Shown: piece after piece, positions 39,342-53,664 of the stretch | How the letters are laid out: each line of letters opens with the position of its first letter | Numbering within the stretch: position 1 is the stretch's first letter | Assembly (NCBI GenBank): GCA_903813345.2 | Contig: CAIIXF020000001.1 | Coordinates: 17,174,001 to 17,238,000 of the forward strand | From: Owenia fusiformis | Lineage: Eukaryota | DNA: 64,000 bases | Reading direction: 5' to 3' | Program-made: the position numbers and the translations under genes | Notes under the pieces: generated by a model | Told to the model about the DNA's origin: nothing | The model's input: only the letters and a program-made list of their open reading frames with translations | Database searches by the model: none

Positions 39342-39655
39342 CAAAATGTCACCACCAGCCATTTGTTACAGTTGCCAACCGACGAATGCCAAACACCAAC
39401 TGCCATTAGCACTGTCAAAAAAGTTGGAGACTATAAAAATATGACAATGAAAATGACACGACTCAGCGGTTTCACTAGAATTTCTCACAACAGGCTAAAT
39501 AAAAGAAAAACAACGGGCAAAATTAATGGAATCATAAATTAAACAGGGAAAAGTTGTAAAATCCCTAAAAACAACAGGCGATTTTGTGAAAACTGGTGAA
39601 AATCACTGGTTGCCTGCTGCTAATAAAACCACTGCCACCTCTGGTGGTGACATAA
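39342..39655 (-). mobile_element. Copy of the ATGTCACCAC HINE family
   Basis: AAAATGTCACCACC...TTTGTTACAG...CCAAACACCAAC...GGTGGTGACATAA. Confidence 0.6.
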
Positions 39656-40297
39656 CAAGACAATAAAAATAATGCACCAACATCCACAAATCAATGACCT
39701 CCATAACCCTCAAGGTATTTTTTTGTTTGCTAAACAAGCTTTCGAACAACTTGATATATAAAGTAGTAAATGATTGAAATAGCTACCAAAATATAAAATC
39801 CACTTTCAGTCACCGTATAAAATACAATAGCTCACCCGAATGAGCTAGTAAGAACAATGGTTGAATATACTATAATGAAACCAAACAATTCAAAAAATAT
39901 AGTCTATATTAATCGAGACATTTATTGTTTTTGACAGAATAATATAGAAGAAATATTTGTAATAAAAAATGAATAGATATTCTAGACAAAATTGACATGT
40001 AAAATAAGAATCTCAAAACACTATGATATTCTGTGGCCTTTTTAACAAGTTTCTTATTCATTCCTTATACAATAGAGAAGTGGATAAAATGGACTCAAAA
40101 CTATATATAACTTATTAGTCACATGTAGATAATGACTACTCTGATGAGTAACTATATATGTTTACATATACATACACGTACTTAATAAAAACATGTCAAT
40201 AACAACTACTCATTAAATATGACTTATCAAATACGTATTGTAGGCAAGAAATAAGATATTAACTAAGACAACATTAATTACAACTATGTACCTGTTT

Positions 40298-40432
40298 AAC
40301 AAGGCATTAACATGCAAAATGTCACCACCTGGCATTTGTTACAGATGTGGACCGCTGAGTGGTGAACACCAACCACCATCCAGAACAAAGATGGAGACCA
40401 TAACAATATGTCACTACTCATGTGGTGACATT
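40298..40432 (-). mobile_element. Array-less copy of the ATGTCACCAC HINE family
   Basis: AACAAGGCATTAACATGCAAAATGTCACCACC...GGAGACCATAACAATATGTCACTAC...GTGGTGACAT. Confidence 0.75.
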
Positions 40433-41029
40433 ACAAAAATATCAGATTTTCCTTACTTGATTATGAGATTGGATCTTGTGGATCTTTTAATCCAGAAGAT
40501 TTTGCATTTTACACAAGGTCTCAATTAAAGCAGTAACATATGTTTCAAGAACATGAAAAAGCTTTTTATGAACTTTCTTTTATTTAAGTACCAGGGGGCC
40601 ATTAACAGAAAGATTGAAAAGTTACAAATTAACAAGGGAGGGCCCAAATTTTAAGTCTGGTAAAAAATTTCCGCGCTTGCCCAGAAAAATGTTTTGGGCC
40701 CCTAAAACCCCAAATTGGTCCAAACTTTGAACAATTAAGGCCCATTCTTTGATAAACTGGCCAAAAAAGGCCAAATTATATAAGAAATGGTATCTAAATC
40801 ATAACCCAAGACATCAAAAAAGGCCATTTTTATAAGAACCTACAAAATTTTGGGGCCCAAAAACTAAATATTTCCTTGGTTCAGTTCGATGATCGTATTT
40901 TACAGTTCAGCTCCGTTCTGATTGTGGTTCTCACAGGTTACATGAAATGAGCAAACAGATATGAAATTGATCCAAAAATCAGAAAAAATACTGAGTGTAT
41001 CACAATGTTTTATTGTTGTTAGTAACCAG

Positions 41030-41155
41030 GGGGTCATTAACAGTAACTTCGTAAAGTTATGAATTCGTAAATCAATTGTTGTAACCATGGATATAATGAC
41101 ATCACAGTTAGAGAACAATGGATTTTAACTTTATAAAGTTTCTGTTAATGGCCCC
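41030..41155. mobile_element. Harbinger-group MITE with CAG TSD
   Basis: CAG|GGGGTCATTAACAG...CTGTTAATGGCCCC|CAG; a second left end of the family at 40595. Confidence 0.65.
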
Positions 41156-42023
41156 CAGTTTCACAAAATGACATACAGACAAATCTGTTAATCTGTCTTT
41201 AAATGTCTCTTACACTGCAAAACTGCAAATTGATCTAAAATGGTTAAGTAGTCCTACCACAAAAATGAGATGTATTTTAGTGAATTTATGTTCAATAACA
41301 TAAGTACTCCATGATATGTAACATGGTTTACCGAGTTCACAATTTTATTTTTTCTGAAAAATTTCATGGTTCTGAAAACTGCGGTTGTTTCAAGATTGTG
41401 TACGATAAAAAGATAAGAACCACTGTGAACGCAGGCTACAGTTAACAATTTGATTCTTAGTGCTTACCCAGCAAACTGAGTTTGCCCAAGAGTTGAGATG
41501 ATGTGCTACTGTGTAAAGATTTAATATTTTATAATTTATACACTACATACCCTTACATATAGAATACCACATGGTGGCATCATAACTCATTGGTATTTTC
41601 AGAAATAAGTTATCTTTATCCAAATAAGTTAACTTATCCTACATTTGTATTTTGGCTCAGGGATTGAGGATTATCTGAATAATGCTTGGATTGAATAATA
41701 TATGGTGAAGGCAATTACTTTACAGTACAGTAACGTTAATAGATTACATCTTAGGCAAGAAAGGCGAGTTAGTTTTTCTCATTGCTTCCTCTTACTAAAA
41801 TATTAGTTAATAAATACTGTGGTTATGATATAAGATATAAGATATAAGAAAATACAGCTGCATTAGGCTCATATTTAAAATCACACAATTTGTCAATTTC
41901 GCAATCACAGAAATATCTAGACTTCTATGCATATTATTGTTGATTATTCATTTCTTATAAATCCATCTGACATAAAAAATTACAGCCTCCAAAACATTTT
42001 GAGAAAAAAAGGTTGGTAACATT

Positions 42024-42232
42024 AAGTCATTAACATGAAAAAATTTCACCACCTAGTTGCTCACAATATCATTGGTTCAACCTTAAAGTCAGATTTGAAA
42101 AAGAATTTGTTACAGATGCAGTACTGCCAACCACCAACTGCCAACCACCAACCGCCACCCACTGGACACGAACGACCGTCACAAAAAACGGAGACCATAA
42201 CAACATGTCACAACTTTTTTGTGGTGACATAA
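42024..42232 (-). mobile_element. ATGTCACCAC HINE copy retaining a fragment of the satellite monomer
   Basis: CATTAACATG...TCACCACC...TAAAGTCAGATTTGAA...TTGTTACAGA...AAAAAACGGAGACCATAACAA...GTGGTGACATAA. Confidence 0.75.
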
Positions 42233-43893
42233 AAACTACTATTTTCACATAGCAGACAATGACCATGTCCATAGTAATAGTGGCATATCTAGGATTCCAA
42301 TTTCTTATAATATTCAAATCGTAAATCTGAGACTCCTAATTCGCTTACAGTATAACATGAACTGAAATCATTGCAAATAAAACTGGATGATTTTCAAAGT
42401 CCAATCTTCAAGAGTCTTCCTATCAAGTTAACAATTTTAAACAAATGGACATTATAGTAGAACCTGTTTATTCCCAAGCAAAACATCCTTTGGATCTCAA
42501 AAGGTGTTCCAAGTAAGACGCGTTCTTATAAAATGTCATTAACATGAAGCCATGAGATTTAAGAACTATTCAATTTGTGAAACAAATTACTCAATTCTCT
42601 AAGCTCGTATTGATTCCCCAGTAAATATCCTCAAACGATTAGATTATACCTACTAGTGTCATTTGCAGAACAGACACTGTTCTGCACTTTAAACAGGTTT
42701 ACCACGTATCTATTAACTAGTAGCTACTCTAATTAAATATGGTGTTATTCCCCTTGAGACTATCACATTATTGTTATTAATTTAACATGAGATTTCACAT
42801 GAAGTATAATAAATATAAAGTGAGTTACTAAACACTCTGAATGAAAATGATCAAAACAATGATGAAATACTATATTTATTCAATATAACAAAACTAAAAA
42901 TCTGCAACTCCATGGACCATTTTTAAAGTGGCAGCCATCTTGAAAAAAAATCTTTGAGTAAAACTATTTACCAATATCCATGTTGGCACAAAATATGAAG
43001 AAAATATATCTACTAGTATTCAAATTATAGATGGACGGATGGGTCAACGATGGAGGGCTTCAGTAATAAATACATATCCCTACCAAAATTTGTTCATTGG
43101 GTTGAAAACCAATACTGAGAAGCAAATGTTGCACGGGAAGAAATGGAAGGAGAATGACCATTAAATCAAAGAGGCGGTGTTAATTAAATGAATTCCTTAG
43201 CTCATATATTCTCCCATACAAATATAAAAATACACTATCAAATAGGCCTGTTAATTCATCTACTGAGATTCCTGCATAGCATCAGGTCAAAAGGACAAGG
43301 ATATTAGTAAGACACGCTTACTTACTACGATATTAACCTTTATCACATACTTTGTACAATTCCAGTAATCTGATCTAATAAAATTGTCATCACATGTTTC
43401 AGCTTTCGTGGTGATACAATTTTACTTTCGTGGAAGATTTCCAGTATCACACGCTCTGAAACATGTGATAATTGATAGTATCACCAATGTCATATTCAAT
43501 CACAAGTCAATTACATCTGAACAAATAAATAATATCTAAATCATAACCCAAGACATCAAAAATATAATCTATAAATTATATTTCCCAAAGAAATGGTATC
43601 TAAATCATAACCCTAGATTATACTTATATGTAATCTAAAAAATCTTAATATCATACCCAAGCCCGAGGACATCATATAGTCATATTATCTACATTGTACC
43701 CCCCTTGAGATCTCAATAATTCTCGAAATCATAACCTATTAGATCTAAATCAATCATATTCCAGGGCAACATTGTCTTCTACAGCATAATAATTTTATTT
43801 AATTTCTACTGCATTCTCAATCATAAATTCTTCTGAGAGAACTCTGGTTCAAATCAATACAGTGTTGTCTAAATGGAACTGCTTCATTACATA

Positions 43894-44025
43894 CAGTTAA
43901 ACCTGTAAGTGGAACACCTCTCTTAGTGGAACACTTTTCAGAGTCCCAAGACCAAGTGACTTAATGTTTAATGAACATCTATAAGTGGAACACCTCCCAA
44001 GTGGAACACATTTTAGAGGTTTTTA
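43894..44025. mobile_element. pogo/Tigger-like MITE (partial; reverse-complement homolog of 60406..60566)
   Basis: TA|CAGTTAAACCTGTAAGTGGAACACCTC with internal GTGGAACAC repeats. Confidence 0.7.
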
Positions 44026-45846
44026 ACACCAATTATAGTATTGATCCATGATAAGAATGATCAAAATAAATTTAGTTTTTGGCAAAAGTAATTGCTCAGT
44101 TTCTATATTAGAATAATGCATCGTAAAAATATCAGGGCAAGATAACATTAATATATCATAGTCATGTTTGCAATTTTACATGAAAGATCAGGTCATATTC
44201 ACTGGTAATGTGCAACTAATGTAATATATGACAAAATTCATAGAAAATGGAATAAAATCTAAGTGTAATGCTGAATAATTAGTATCTGGACTATCCAACA
44301 TAACAGGGGACTTATCAAAACATCATCAATCTGTACAATTTAAGACATTGAAATTAGTACAAACTAACTTCTGAATAGGGTAGACAGTTTTACAGTTTAG
44401 CAGCTCCCCCCACTACCAGTGGTCATCACATCCAAGGATTCAAACCCATTTTAATGACATTTTCTCAACCAATTAGCAAGCCGGAAGAAACATGTTTCAA
44501 TTATGTGTCGATATTAGTCACTATTGAGTCAATGATAATGGCAGACGAAATGACCATAAAAAATCACTCTTCGGGTGATTCCAAGCTCTGATTGGCAGCT
44601 CAGGGAGTTCTGACATTTCACTTCAATTTAAAGAATGCAGATGAAGCTATATTTTTAGAAGCTAAGTCAAACAGATACAAGGATATGTAAGATATAAGTG
44701 CAAGGGAAGATCAGTGACAATTTAATACATTCTTTCTCAATAAACCAAGATTTAATTTGAACCAGACCAGCATATATCATCAGAATGAATGGAAACCATT
44801 CAGATAAAACTGGTAGATTCATGGTGTAAATCAAGAATAAGCAATCATATGTACTAGAAAATGAATCTATAAAAAGCATATCATCATCATTTGAATACAC
44901 GCTTTGATCAATTTTACTGATCATTAAGTCACGGGTTAGTACGAAAAAATATCGAAACAATTCTGGTAGCTTAGAACATTCACTTTTTCTCTGATACATG
45001 ATGCATTATTAGAAAGTTCATCGTTTCATTTTTAACATAATGTTGTTTAGACAGAGTAGTAATACAGTGAGATCTTAGATGAGATGAACTTTTTTACTTT
45101 CTGATCCAATACAGTGAAATACACAAGATCACAGATTTGTTTTTATTCACGTATAGTCTTTCCCGACCAGATAAGTAATATCATAGACATCCCATTGCCC
45201 AATGGGTTATAGGATGTCAAATAGCAAAATGGTAGCCTCACAGGGCATGAAATATAATACAATAAGTATTAACTGTGCCTTATGAGGAAAAAAATAATGA
45301 GCAAATTAAGAGATAGACTTGGTTGTCAACATCAACGTCAAAATAACAACGCACATCAGGAACAACAACACTCTATATGGACATTCATAACAATCGTCTT
45401 TTATGAATATAAGCACTGGAGGCGGGAAATATCATCACAGAGGATATCCTGATTTATTAAAAAATAGTCCTCGTATAAAAAGAAAGCATTACGGATAAAG
45501 AGATTTAACTAAATGTTCTAACATAACATGTTATCATAATGGACTTTTAATCCATCCAAAATGTAATTAATTATCAATAATTAAGATGTAATACATGTAT
45601 ATCATGTTTGTATATATTGACATATCAAGAGTTTCTCTAAACATAACTTGGGAAGCTAGCTGGGAACAATGAAGTAAATACAATACTACACTAGCACCAT
45701 CTATTTACTATTAATAACATCAAATGCATAAATATAAATCTACCCAAGGCTCTTTCGTACCATTTTAAAATCACAACATAAAGCAGATGGCAAAAATCTC
45801 ATGGAATTTATGAAAAGATTTCTTGATGAATAAGAATGTTACTTAC

Positions 45847-45911
45847 CAAAGAATCTAAATATGATAAACTGCATACCAAGGGCAAATGATCTTTCCTCTT
45901 CATTGACTGAT
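45847..45911 (-). CDS. SLCO5A1: SLCO/OATP exon
   Basis: ttacag|A TCA GTC...TTT G|gtaagt; (R)SVNEEERSFALGMQFIIFRFF(G). Confidence 0.93.
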
Positions 45912-47731
45912 CTGTAAATATACAATTTAGTTCACTATACAGGGGGATACAAAATATTTAATCCTCTATTTTAGGAAAAATGCCCTCCATTACCATGAAA
46001 ACTTATAAATAATCATATGTAGAGGAACCACATTTTTCCATAAAATTGGGAAGATCAGATATGTTATTGATAAAGTTGTGGAAGCAATCCTGAATATTTT
46101 TAATTAGAGAGTTGCATTTTTGTTGGAGTATTAGCTTATAAAATTTGACCAAATTGGAAACATGGGCACACTAACGGATGAATGGCTTCTCTATACTCAA
46201 ATATCACTTGCTGGGATAATATAAGGTCACCTAAGATCAAGGTCACATTTGATAATTTGTCCCTTGAAAGGTTCAAAGACAATCACTTATTTGGAATCGA
46301 AAGCAAATTGATTATGAGGCCCATACCTATAGAATTTAATTAATGACCCAATTTGTCAAATGAATCACATACTCACTTCATATTCCTGCTCAAGCACTTA
46401 TCAAACATTTTATTAAACATTGATAAAAACTGTAAAATATGCCTTCCATGCAAATTTACGTATAATGATCAACCAATATCAGGAAATTATATGACAAAAT
46501 AGGCCCCTGAAATCCATCAAAATTCTCCTTTTTATGAAACACATTTTTTCATTAAAGTTCCTAATTGATCTGATATTGGATAACCAAAACTGGTTTGAAA
46601 GGTCATATTTTCTAGAAACGTGCTTCAGCTGAGAAATAGATAGAAATTGATCATTTTCAGCCAGAAATCAGTTTTTAAGTTGTCTTAATAAGTGACCAAG
46701 TCAACTTGACCTTCATCTGTCAGTATGCAAGCCATCAATTTCGTTCCATATATGGAAGATGTAAAAATAGAGCTGTCAATCAAATCTTAGAGTTTGCATC
46801 TAGAAATAGATGGTGTTTTGTTTTGACTGCTGATCTTATTTTCTGTACAAAGGTTGAAATATTTCAATTATGGAAAAATTGACATTAAAATAAAACAATT
46901 TGATGAAAATATGCACAGGTCATTATGACCTATAAACAAGAAAATATTGATTTTAATTTAATTCAATTTTAGCAGCCTACAAACAGTAAGCATTCCAAAT
47001 GGTAGCAATGCAGATTAAGGTTACATCAACATTAGGTAACATCAACGTTCAACAATATGAAGCAGTGAAATGTGAAACTCTTTTCCCTGACTTGTTTCAT
47101 TTCCTCCTATCATGACACATAAGATAATCATATTTAGTCAAATTTTACCGTAATAGTTTTTGTAATTTCAAATGTAGGGATATGACCCAGAGTGAAAAAA
47201 TTAAGTTGAAATAAATTAGTTGCCCTAAAAAACTGATATATACCCATAGTCTCAGTACCATAACCCTAGTTTCAAACAATTAGGGGATTTGAATCAAATA
47301 TATGCAGTAAGTAAACAAGGCATAATAATTATGGATTAGGACCCCACCTTCGCACTTTTTAAAAATGTAAGGTTCATTTTCTGAAAAGAGGATCTTGTTT
47401 TTCTCAATTTAAACATATCAACAGTTTCTTCTACACTATATTAACGATTTCTGAAAAGGGAATGCTGAGTAAATAGGTTCAACATTTTGAAAAAAATGTT
47501 GACATGGGGCCCCTATTCATAAATTTTCAAATTGTTCGGTTGATATTTTTTTCATCATGGGTATACTTTACTTGAAAGAAAACATATTGTTTTAGTAAAA
47601 ACCACTGTATTTATGCCCAGAAAGTATTCATGATTAAATATATGACTGTCTAAAATCACTTTCCATACTGCACATGGACCTTTGATAAATGTCAAACACC
47701 AACTCTGATTGGCAGTCACAAAAAGTGTTGC

Positions 47732-47879
47732 CATGAAAATAAATGTCAACATCTGCCATTTGTTACAAACACTGAACGCCAAACACCAACCACCCCACAC
47801 CAATTATTGAACCCATCCATTGAACACCATCCAAAAAAGAGACTATACCAATATGTCACCACTTTTGGTGTTGACATAA
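47732..47879 (-). mobile_element. Short copy of the ATGTCACCAC HINE family
   Basis: ATGTCAAC...TTTGTTACAA...CCAAACACCAACC...AATATGTCACCACTTTTGGTGTTGACATAA. Confidence 0.7.
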
Positions 47880-47907
47880 TAACAAAATAATACCAAAAAT
47901 TCTGTAC

Positions 47908-48101
47908 CTCATAGTGAGCATTAGAAGAGGGATCTGGGTGGCTGACACAGCTACAACCATAAAAAACAGAACAACCATAAAAGGAGCTAGAGTTCTACAG
48001 GACATCTTACATGGCCCGCTTCTGGCAAGGGGTGACATCAAAACCTCTGGGGTGGTTTCCTCTTCTGACAAATCTGATATGCACTTGCAATGACTATAAT
48101 T
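47908..48101 (-). CDS. SLCO5A1: SLCO/OATP exon
   Basis: tttcag|AAT TAT...ATG AG|gtacag; NYSHCKCI...GPCKMSCRTLAPFMVVLFF...PLLMLTMR. Confidence 0.93.
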
Positions 48102-48377
48102 CTGAAAATCAATACATCCAGTACATATTTTTGATTTATTGAAAAGTAAGAACTCATTAGTTTGTAGAACTTATGTTGTAGAATCTCATGTTACCATTGT
48201 ATCGGACAGTGACTTACTAGTGCTGTTTGAACTTAAAATAGATAGGAACAAATAATAAGTATTCATGTATTTATTACATCTAGTAGTTTCTATGGGCAAT
48301 TAAATTTTTTTTGAATACTTAATTGAGATAAACACTATTGTCAACCAAGTTGATAGAATAAGAACAAATCCTCTTAC

Positions 48378-48558
48378 TGTAAGTTTTTCTTTGTCATCAA
48401 AGTCTTCACTTCCAATAAACTGTTTGCAGCCTGCATGGCAAGGAGAGAAGTAGGTCATACCATTGATACCACAGATGGGCTCTATATCATTATGCGAACA
48501 ATCGCAGTCTATGTTACATGTGGAAGTCAGATTGGCTTCAAACTGTTGATGACCAGAG
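48378..48558 (-). CDS. SLCO5A1: SLCO/OATP exon, Kazal-like extracellular domain
   Basis: ttacag|C TCT...ACA|gtaaga; CNIDCDCSHNDIEPICGINGMTYFSPCHAGC. Confidence 0.95.
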
Positions 48559-48859
48559 CTGTAAAATATCCAAAATGTGTTATCCTTATATATCTTCAGA
48601 CATGTTGAACATGATTTTGGGGATTAAATCATGTTAGATAATGTACATACAAATACGTATTTGCTAAATGCATACATTTTGACTTTTTCAGAAGTTTTTT
48701 GTCAATGAGAAGAGACCCTGATTTTTTGTATGAAACTCTCAATTTTTGATCAATGAAAATCTAATCTATCACAAAAAATAGATTTTTTGAGGAGTCTCAG
48801 ATTTCTTAAGGGAATTTCTAAGAGATTACTCGTACTTTTCGGTGAGGGGGGTGACCTAC

Positions 48860-48977
48860 CTGTTGAAATATGGACGGGTGGCACCTGCAAACTTTGGGTT
48901 GTCACATCCAAGAAAAAAGAGCACTGCAAAGAGGGCCAAGGTGATGGACCCAAGAATTAATGTCATCTGTAAAGCAC
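48860..48977 (-). CDS. SLCO5A1: SLCO/OATP exon
   Basis: ttccag|GT GCT...AAC AG|gtaggt; GALQMTLILGSITLALFAVLFFLGCDNPKFAGATRPYFN. Confidence 0.92.
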
Positions 48978-49961
48978 CTGGAACAATAATGTATCACAGA
49001 AATGTGTTCCAATAACTGAATCCATCAGTAAAATATTTAGGATCCCAAGGTATAAAAAAATAAATCTTTATTTTGGCATCTAAGATGCAATGGAGTAAAA
49101 CGGTCAGTCATCATGGTAGCATCTGTCAATGTGGTTAAAAGGCAATAAAATAACACATTTATTGAAGCCACTTTCAAGCCAGAGTCGACCATTCATGAGC
49201 GCTAATACCTCGACCAAATCAGGTACATTTAATCTATTCTCCTCTATTCTTTAAAATGAATACACAACCACTCTACTGTACTCATATACACACAAACAAG
49301 TTACACAAATATTGATGCTATTCTGGCTGATGATATTGCTTATGTAAACAATGACATCTTTATGAAACATTTAGAACACATAACACACAGGGAATAACAT
49401 ATAATCTCAGTTCAAATAAAAAGTGTAACATGAGTTTCATGCCAAACCATCAAAAAATGTTTTTTATACCATATAATTTTCAACCTTTAAAGCCCAAATC
49501 ATAGACTTGGTCATTTGCTAATCATTAGATACTGTACTTACAATTTCAAGGAAATTGAGCAGTTCCAATTTTAAAATAGGTGTTTTATCAATATAAATGT
49601 CAACTGCATTTCAAATCAAACCCATAATTTATAGAAATTGAATGAACTTAATTAATTTACTTCAATTTGTGTCTCAGGGATATAATCAAAACAGCACGCT
49701 AAAGTAATCAACATGAAGCACGATAAAGGACGTAATTGATTAATATTTAAATATGGTTAACTTGACATGCAAACACGTCTACCTACAGCATAATATTCAT
49801 AGAACAGATGTATCTAGTCTACAAGTAATGATATACAAAGAGTCTTAACTGAGTCTTTCCATTCCTGGTCCAAGGGTATTTCACTTCTTTCCATAAAATA
49901 ATTTCAGCATAAATGAAGTCATTTGAAGAAGGATGGAGTCCTTCAAATTTATCGCATCCTA

Positions 49962-50492
49962 CGACCCCTTTAGATTGTGGTCGTACGCCCGTATCACTAG
50001 TAAGCCTGTGTTTCTACAATGTCGGAGAATGAACTATGCATTGCACACATAAATGACCTACCTCTATACATTCCTGAGTATTTTAGAATTCTTTTTATAT
50101 AGTTTAATCGCAAATTGTATTGGTTTATCGGCAGAACGAAGATATTTTCGTTTTTGATAGCAATATTTGCGTGTAATATTTAACTTATTTCAACCGTCAA
50201 ATTCCTCCATTCAGTTCCCGACATGCACCAGTCATAAGGGAAATCCCTGGGGAATTCCCCTTCCGACATTTTGAAAATTGCTGACATATTTCCGATGTAA
50301 AAACTAAAATCTCTTCGTTCTGCCGATAAACCCATACAATTGGTGATCTAACAACATAAAAAGAATTCTAAAATACTCTGGAATGTATCGAGGTAGGTCA
50401 TTTAATAGTGCAATGCGTAGTTCATTCTCCGACATTGTAGAAAGACAGGCTTACCAATGAATCGGGGGTACGACCACAATTTAAAGGGGTCG
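49962..50492. mobile_element. Foldback-type MITE with about 200-bp inverted arms, 22 bp from an SLCO donor
   Basis: CGACCCCTTTAGATTGTGGTCGTAC...GTACGACCACAATTTAAAGGGGTCG; superfamily and TSD unclear. Confidence 0.8.
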
Positions 50493-50514
50493 AAATATCT
50501 CTATTATCACTTAC

Positions 50515-50595
50515 CTTTGGTGGAAAAGTTAAATTTTTGATAGATGTATCCTCCAACAATTATACCAATAAATGCACCAGGAATAGCCACACATC
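50515..50595 (-). CDS. SLCO5A1: SLCO/OATP exon
   Basis: atatag|GA TGT...AAA G|gtaagt; GCVAIPGAFIGIIVGGYIYQKFNFSTK. Confidence 0.92.
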
Positions 50596-51605
50596 CTATA
50601 TAAAAAGAAGCACACATGTTATTTTAGTTTTGAAGCAAATATATACAAGACGAGACAAATAAATATGACTTCTGGGCACTAGAAATTATTCTGACACAAT
50701 GATTCAATTAAAATAGAACAAATGTTCTTAAAAATGGTCAAAAGTGATAAAAAACTGAAAAGTTCTGGATCATGTTTCAATATTATGGTTTTGAAACTGT
50801 TTTTTGTTATTTTCTAATAAAACCTGACTGTGAGGTAAGAACAATGTATTGATCACTTTATTGTCTCATAAGAGAGATTGAATTAATCACACTAAGTCAC
50901 CATGGAATAATAAAAGGCTAGTTAGAGGCTAACCACACCTTCATTCTCTTCCATTTCCTATTGTAAGTAATAACAATGATTCTTGTATAACAGAATGAAA
51001 ATATGAGGGTGACTTGTGTGTCTATTGTACAATATCATCATGATGTAGTTAAATTCACATTTTATAGTTTTTAAGATATCAACATGCATTAATATGTACA
51101 TTTACACACTATTTAAATTATACATGTCTTTACGATACCATAACATTTAAGCATGCAATGATTGAGCAATTTATTCATATTAACAGATTCTGAGAACAGA
51201 ACAAATACTAATAACAATCTTCAAATTACATCAAGATTTGAAAGGCTTGTCACTCTTAGGCTACCACAAACCACACCCTTTAAATATAGTGTTCTGATTG
51301 GTCAAGTGGGTCATTCTCTCATAAATAAATCATTATGTCATATCAGTAGAATAACACTATGCTTGGAAACAAATTAAGAATATGAATGAGCTTCAATCTG
51401 CCAGTTCACACATTTCTCTGTTATAAGCCTTCCTGTTCAAACATTTCTCCAATTTTTCAATTACAGTGTGTATATTCCGTAGCGAGGCAACGAGACCTAA
51501 GTTAACATTAAAAGTAGGTTCTATTACTAGGTAGCAATTGCTTCATCTAACAGGACGATGTTCTTCATTTCTCTTTCGGAGTCCTGCCCAAACCAAATAC
51601 AAGTA

Positions 51606-51776
51606 CAGTAAAACCTGTCTAACCTGAACACCTTGGGGACCGGATAAGAAAGTATTCACATTCCAGGTTTTTATAAACATGTAAGTTAACAAATGGGAGA
51701 ATTTGGGACCAAGAAAAAGTGTTCACTTTGAGAAGTATTTGGGTTAGAGAGGTGTTTGGATATACAGGTTTTACTA
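51606..51776. mobile_element. pogo/Tigger-like MITE
   Basis: TA|CAGTAAAACCTGT...ACAGGTTTTACTA. Confidence 0.75.
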
Positions 51777-52640
51777 TCATGTATATTGAATGTGATTTGA
51801 CTGAATACACTAGAATCTTTGTGAATTTATACATTTCAGGATTGTAGCATGCCAGGAGCCTTATATCTGCTTGTTTGTCCATTATTTATTTATATTACTC
51901 TCTATGGTTGGTCATATACTAGAGCCGATCCTTCTCCATGCTAGAATCAATAAAGTGGGGTGCCTCAACGAAATGGAACCTTGGTTCCCAATAAGATATA
52001 TTTAGCAATGGTAAGGGGTATTACCATGATGTACAAAGGAGATTTTGTGGTACATCCTCATGGTCAAAGTATCATTGTGATTGTTCATATTAACATCTAT
52101 ACATAGCTTTATAGACTAATGAGTTTATACAAGTTAAGTTCAAAATTCTGATAGAAAATTAATATTGAGGAATTGATGATAAAAATAATCATAATATCCT
52201 TGGGTTAAACACAATAATTACATAAATATTATTTTACCATCTAGCAAAATAATTCAATTATTCGTACAATCATTAAATTAACCCAATTAATATTGGAGTA
52301 GATAGGTGATGTACTTTCAGCACATATTAAATGCCACTAAAAGGGCTTAAATATTTATTTAATGTTCTTTCAGCATATTATAACAAATCTTGCTAAAAAG
52401 TGCATCTCAAGGATAATGCCTCTTTATGTACCTTTAGAAGGTAAGGTAAATTAATATTAAACAGTGCATGGGAGTCATGCATGCAATATACTTTCGACCT
52501 CAAGGTATAAATTGCTCAACATTGCATGCTAAAAAACATTCAATTAAAATTATGATCTAATTTTATCCAGACATGAATTAATATATGAATACCCAAACAA
52601 ACATATATATACAAATACTGCAATTTAAAATCTAACATAC

Positions 52641-52805
52641 CTGTGAAAAGATTTGCTTCATAATTTGAAATCCCGAACTGAGTTTCTAAATATTTTGACA
52701 AGAAGACCACAAAGCCACTAACGATGGCTATTTCGCAGGAGCTGCCAAGGCAGATAAGCATGTACACAGGGTTCTTGCATAACTTCCACATGGACTTAGG
52801 AATGT
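52641..52805 (-). CDS. SLCO5A1: SLCO/OATP exon
   Basis: ttgcag|AC ATT CCT...ACA G|gtatgt; DIPKSMWKLCKNPVY...FLSKYLETQFG...ANLFT. Confidence 0.95.
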
Positions 52806-53664
52806 CTGCAAAATCAAAGAAATCAAATTTAAAATTTTTATGACAGAATCAGATTGATGAGAATTTGTTTACATGTGTCATGATGTAATCAGTATCTTAA
52901 AATAAAAATGTTGAGTCTATTTTTGAGAGATTTTGTTTTCAATGGTTTTACAAATTCATTAGCTTGTTGTGCTGTAACCTGGTTAATTCTACAAATAAGT
53001 GTACATATCACTTCTTGATTTGAAATATTCAATTTTGTTTACTAAAGAAAAAAAGTTAATCATGGTCGTAATTCACACTGACATTGCATACAAATCTAAA
53101 AAACACATATTAGTAAATGTACCAAAATTCAATATTGAAAATGTAATAAAAAAAACTCAAGAGTAAATATACAAACAATAAAATTCTTTAAAGCCATTGT
53201 AAATCAAACATCAGAGAATCCAATTTATGAAGCGCGCATATAAAAGGTGAAATCACAATAAATCAATTTGAAGAACTTGCCATTAATTCAGTGATTGTAT
53301 TTTGGAGTAAATATTTTTCTCCAGGGGATGTTTTTTATTTGAGTTGTATTTAAGAAATTCTTAAATAGATTTTAAAATCAGAGTAACTATATTTCATTTT
53401 AGTTGTGTTTATGAGTTTATTTTCATGGCCTGTTCTTTTTGGTCACATCTTGAGTATGGAACTATAATAAGAGTTTTTGAAAGTATGTGTGCTCTGCCTA
53501 CCAACTCTCTCATTTTATTAGTACTTCAAAATAAGAAAAGTCCCCAAGAGTACCATGAAATATGATGTCCACATTACAAAATTTTATATGATAAGTAGAT
53601 ACATTATACATTAAATACAAATGAACATTATACATAATGGCATAGAAAAATAATGCAATTCTAC

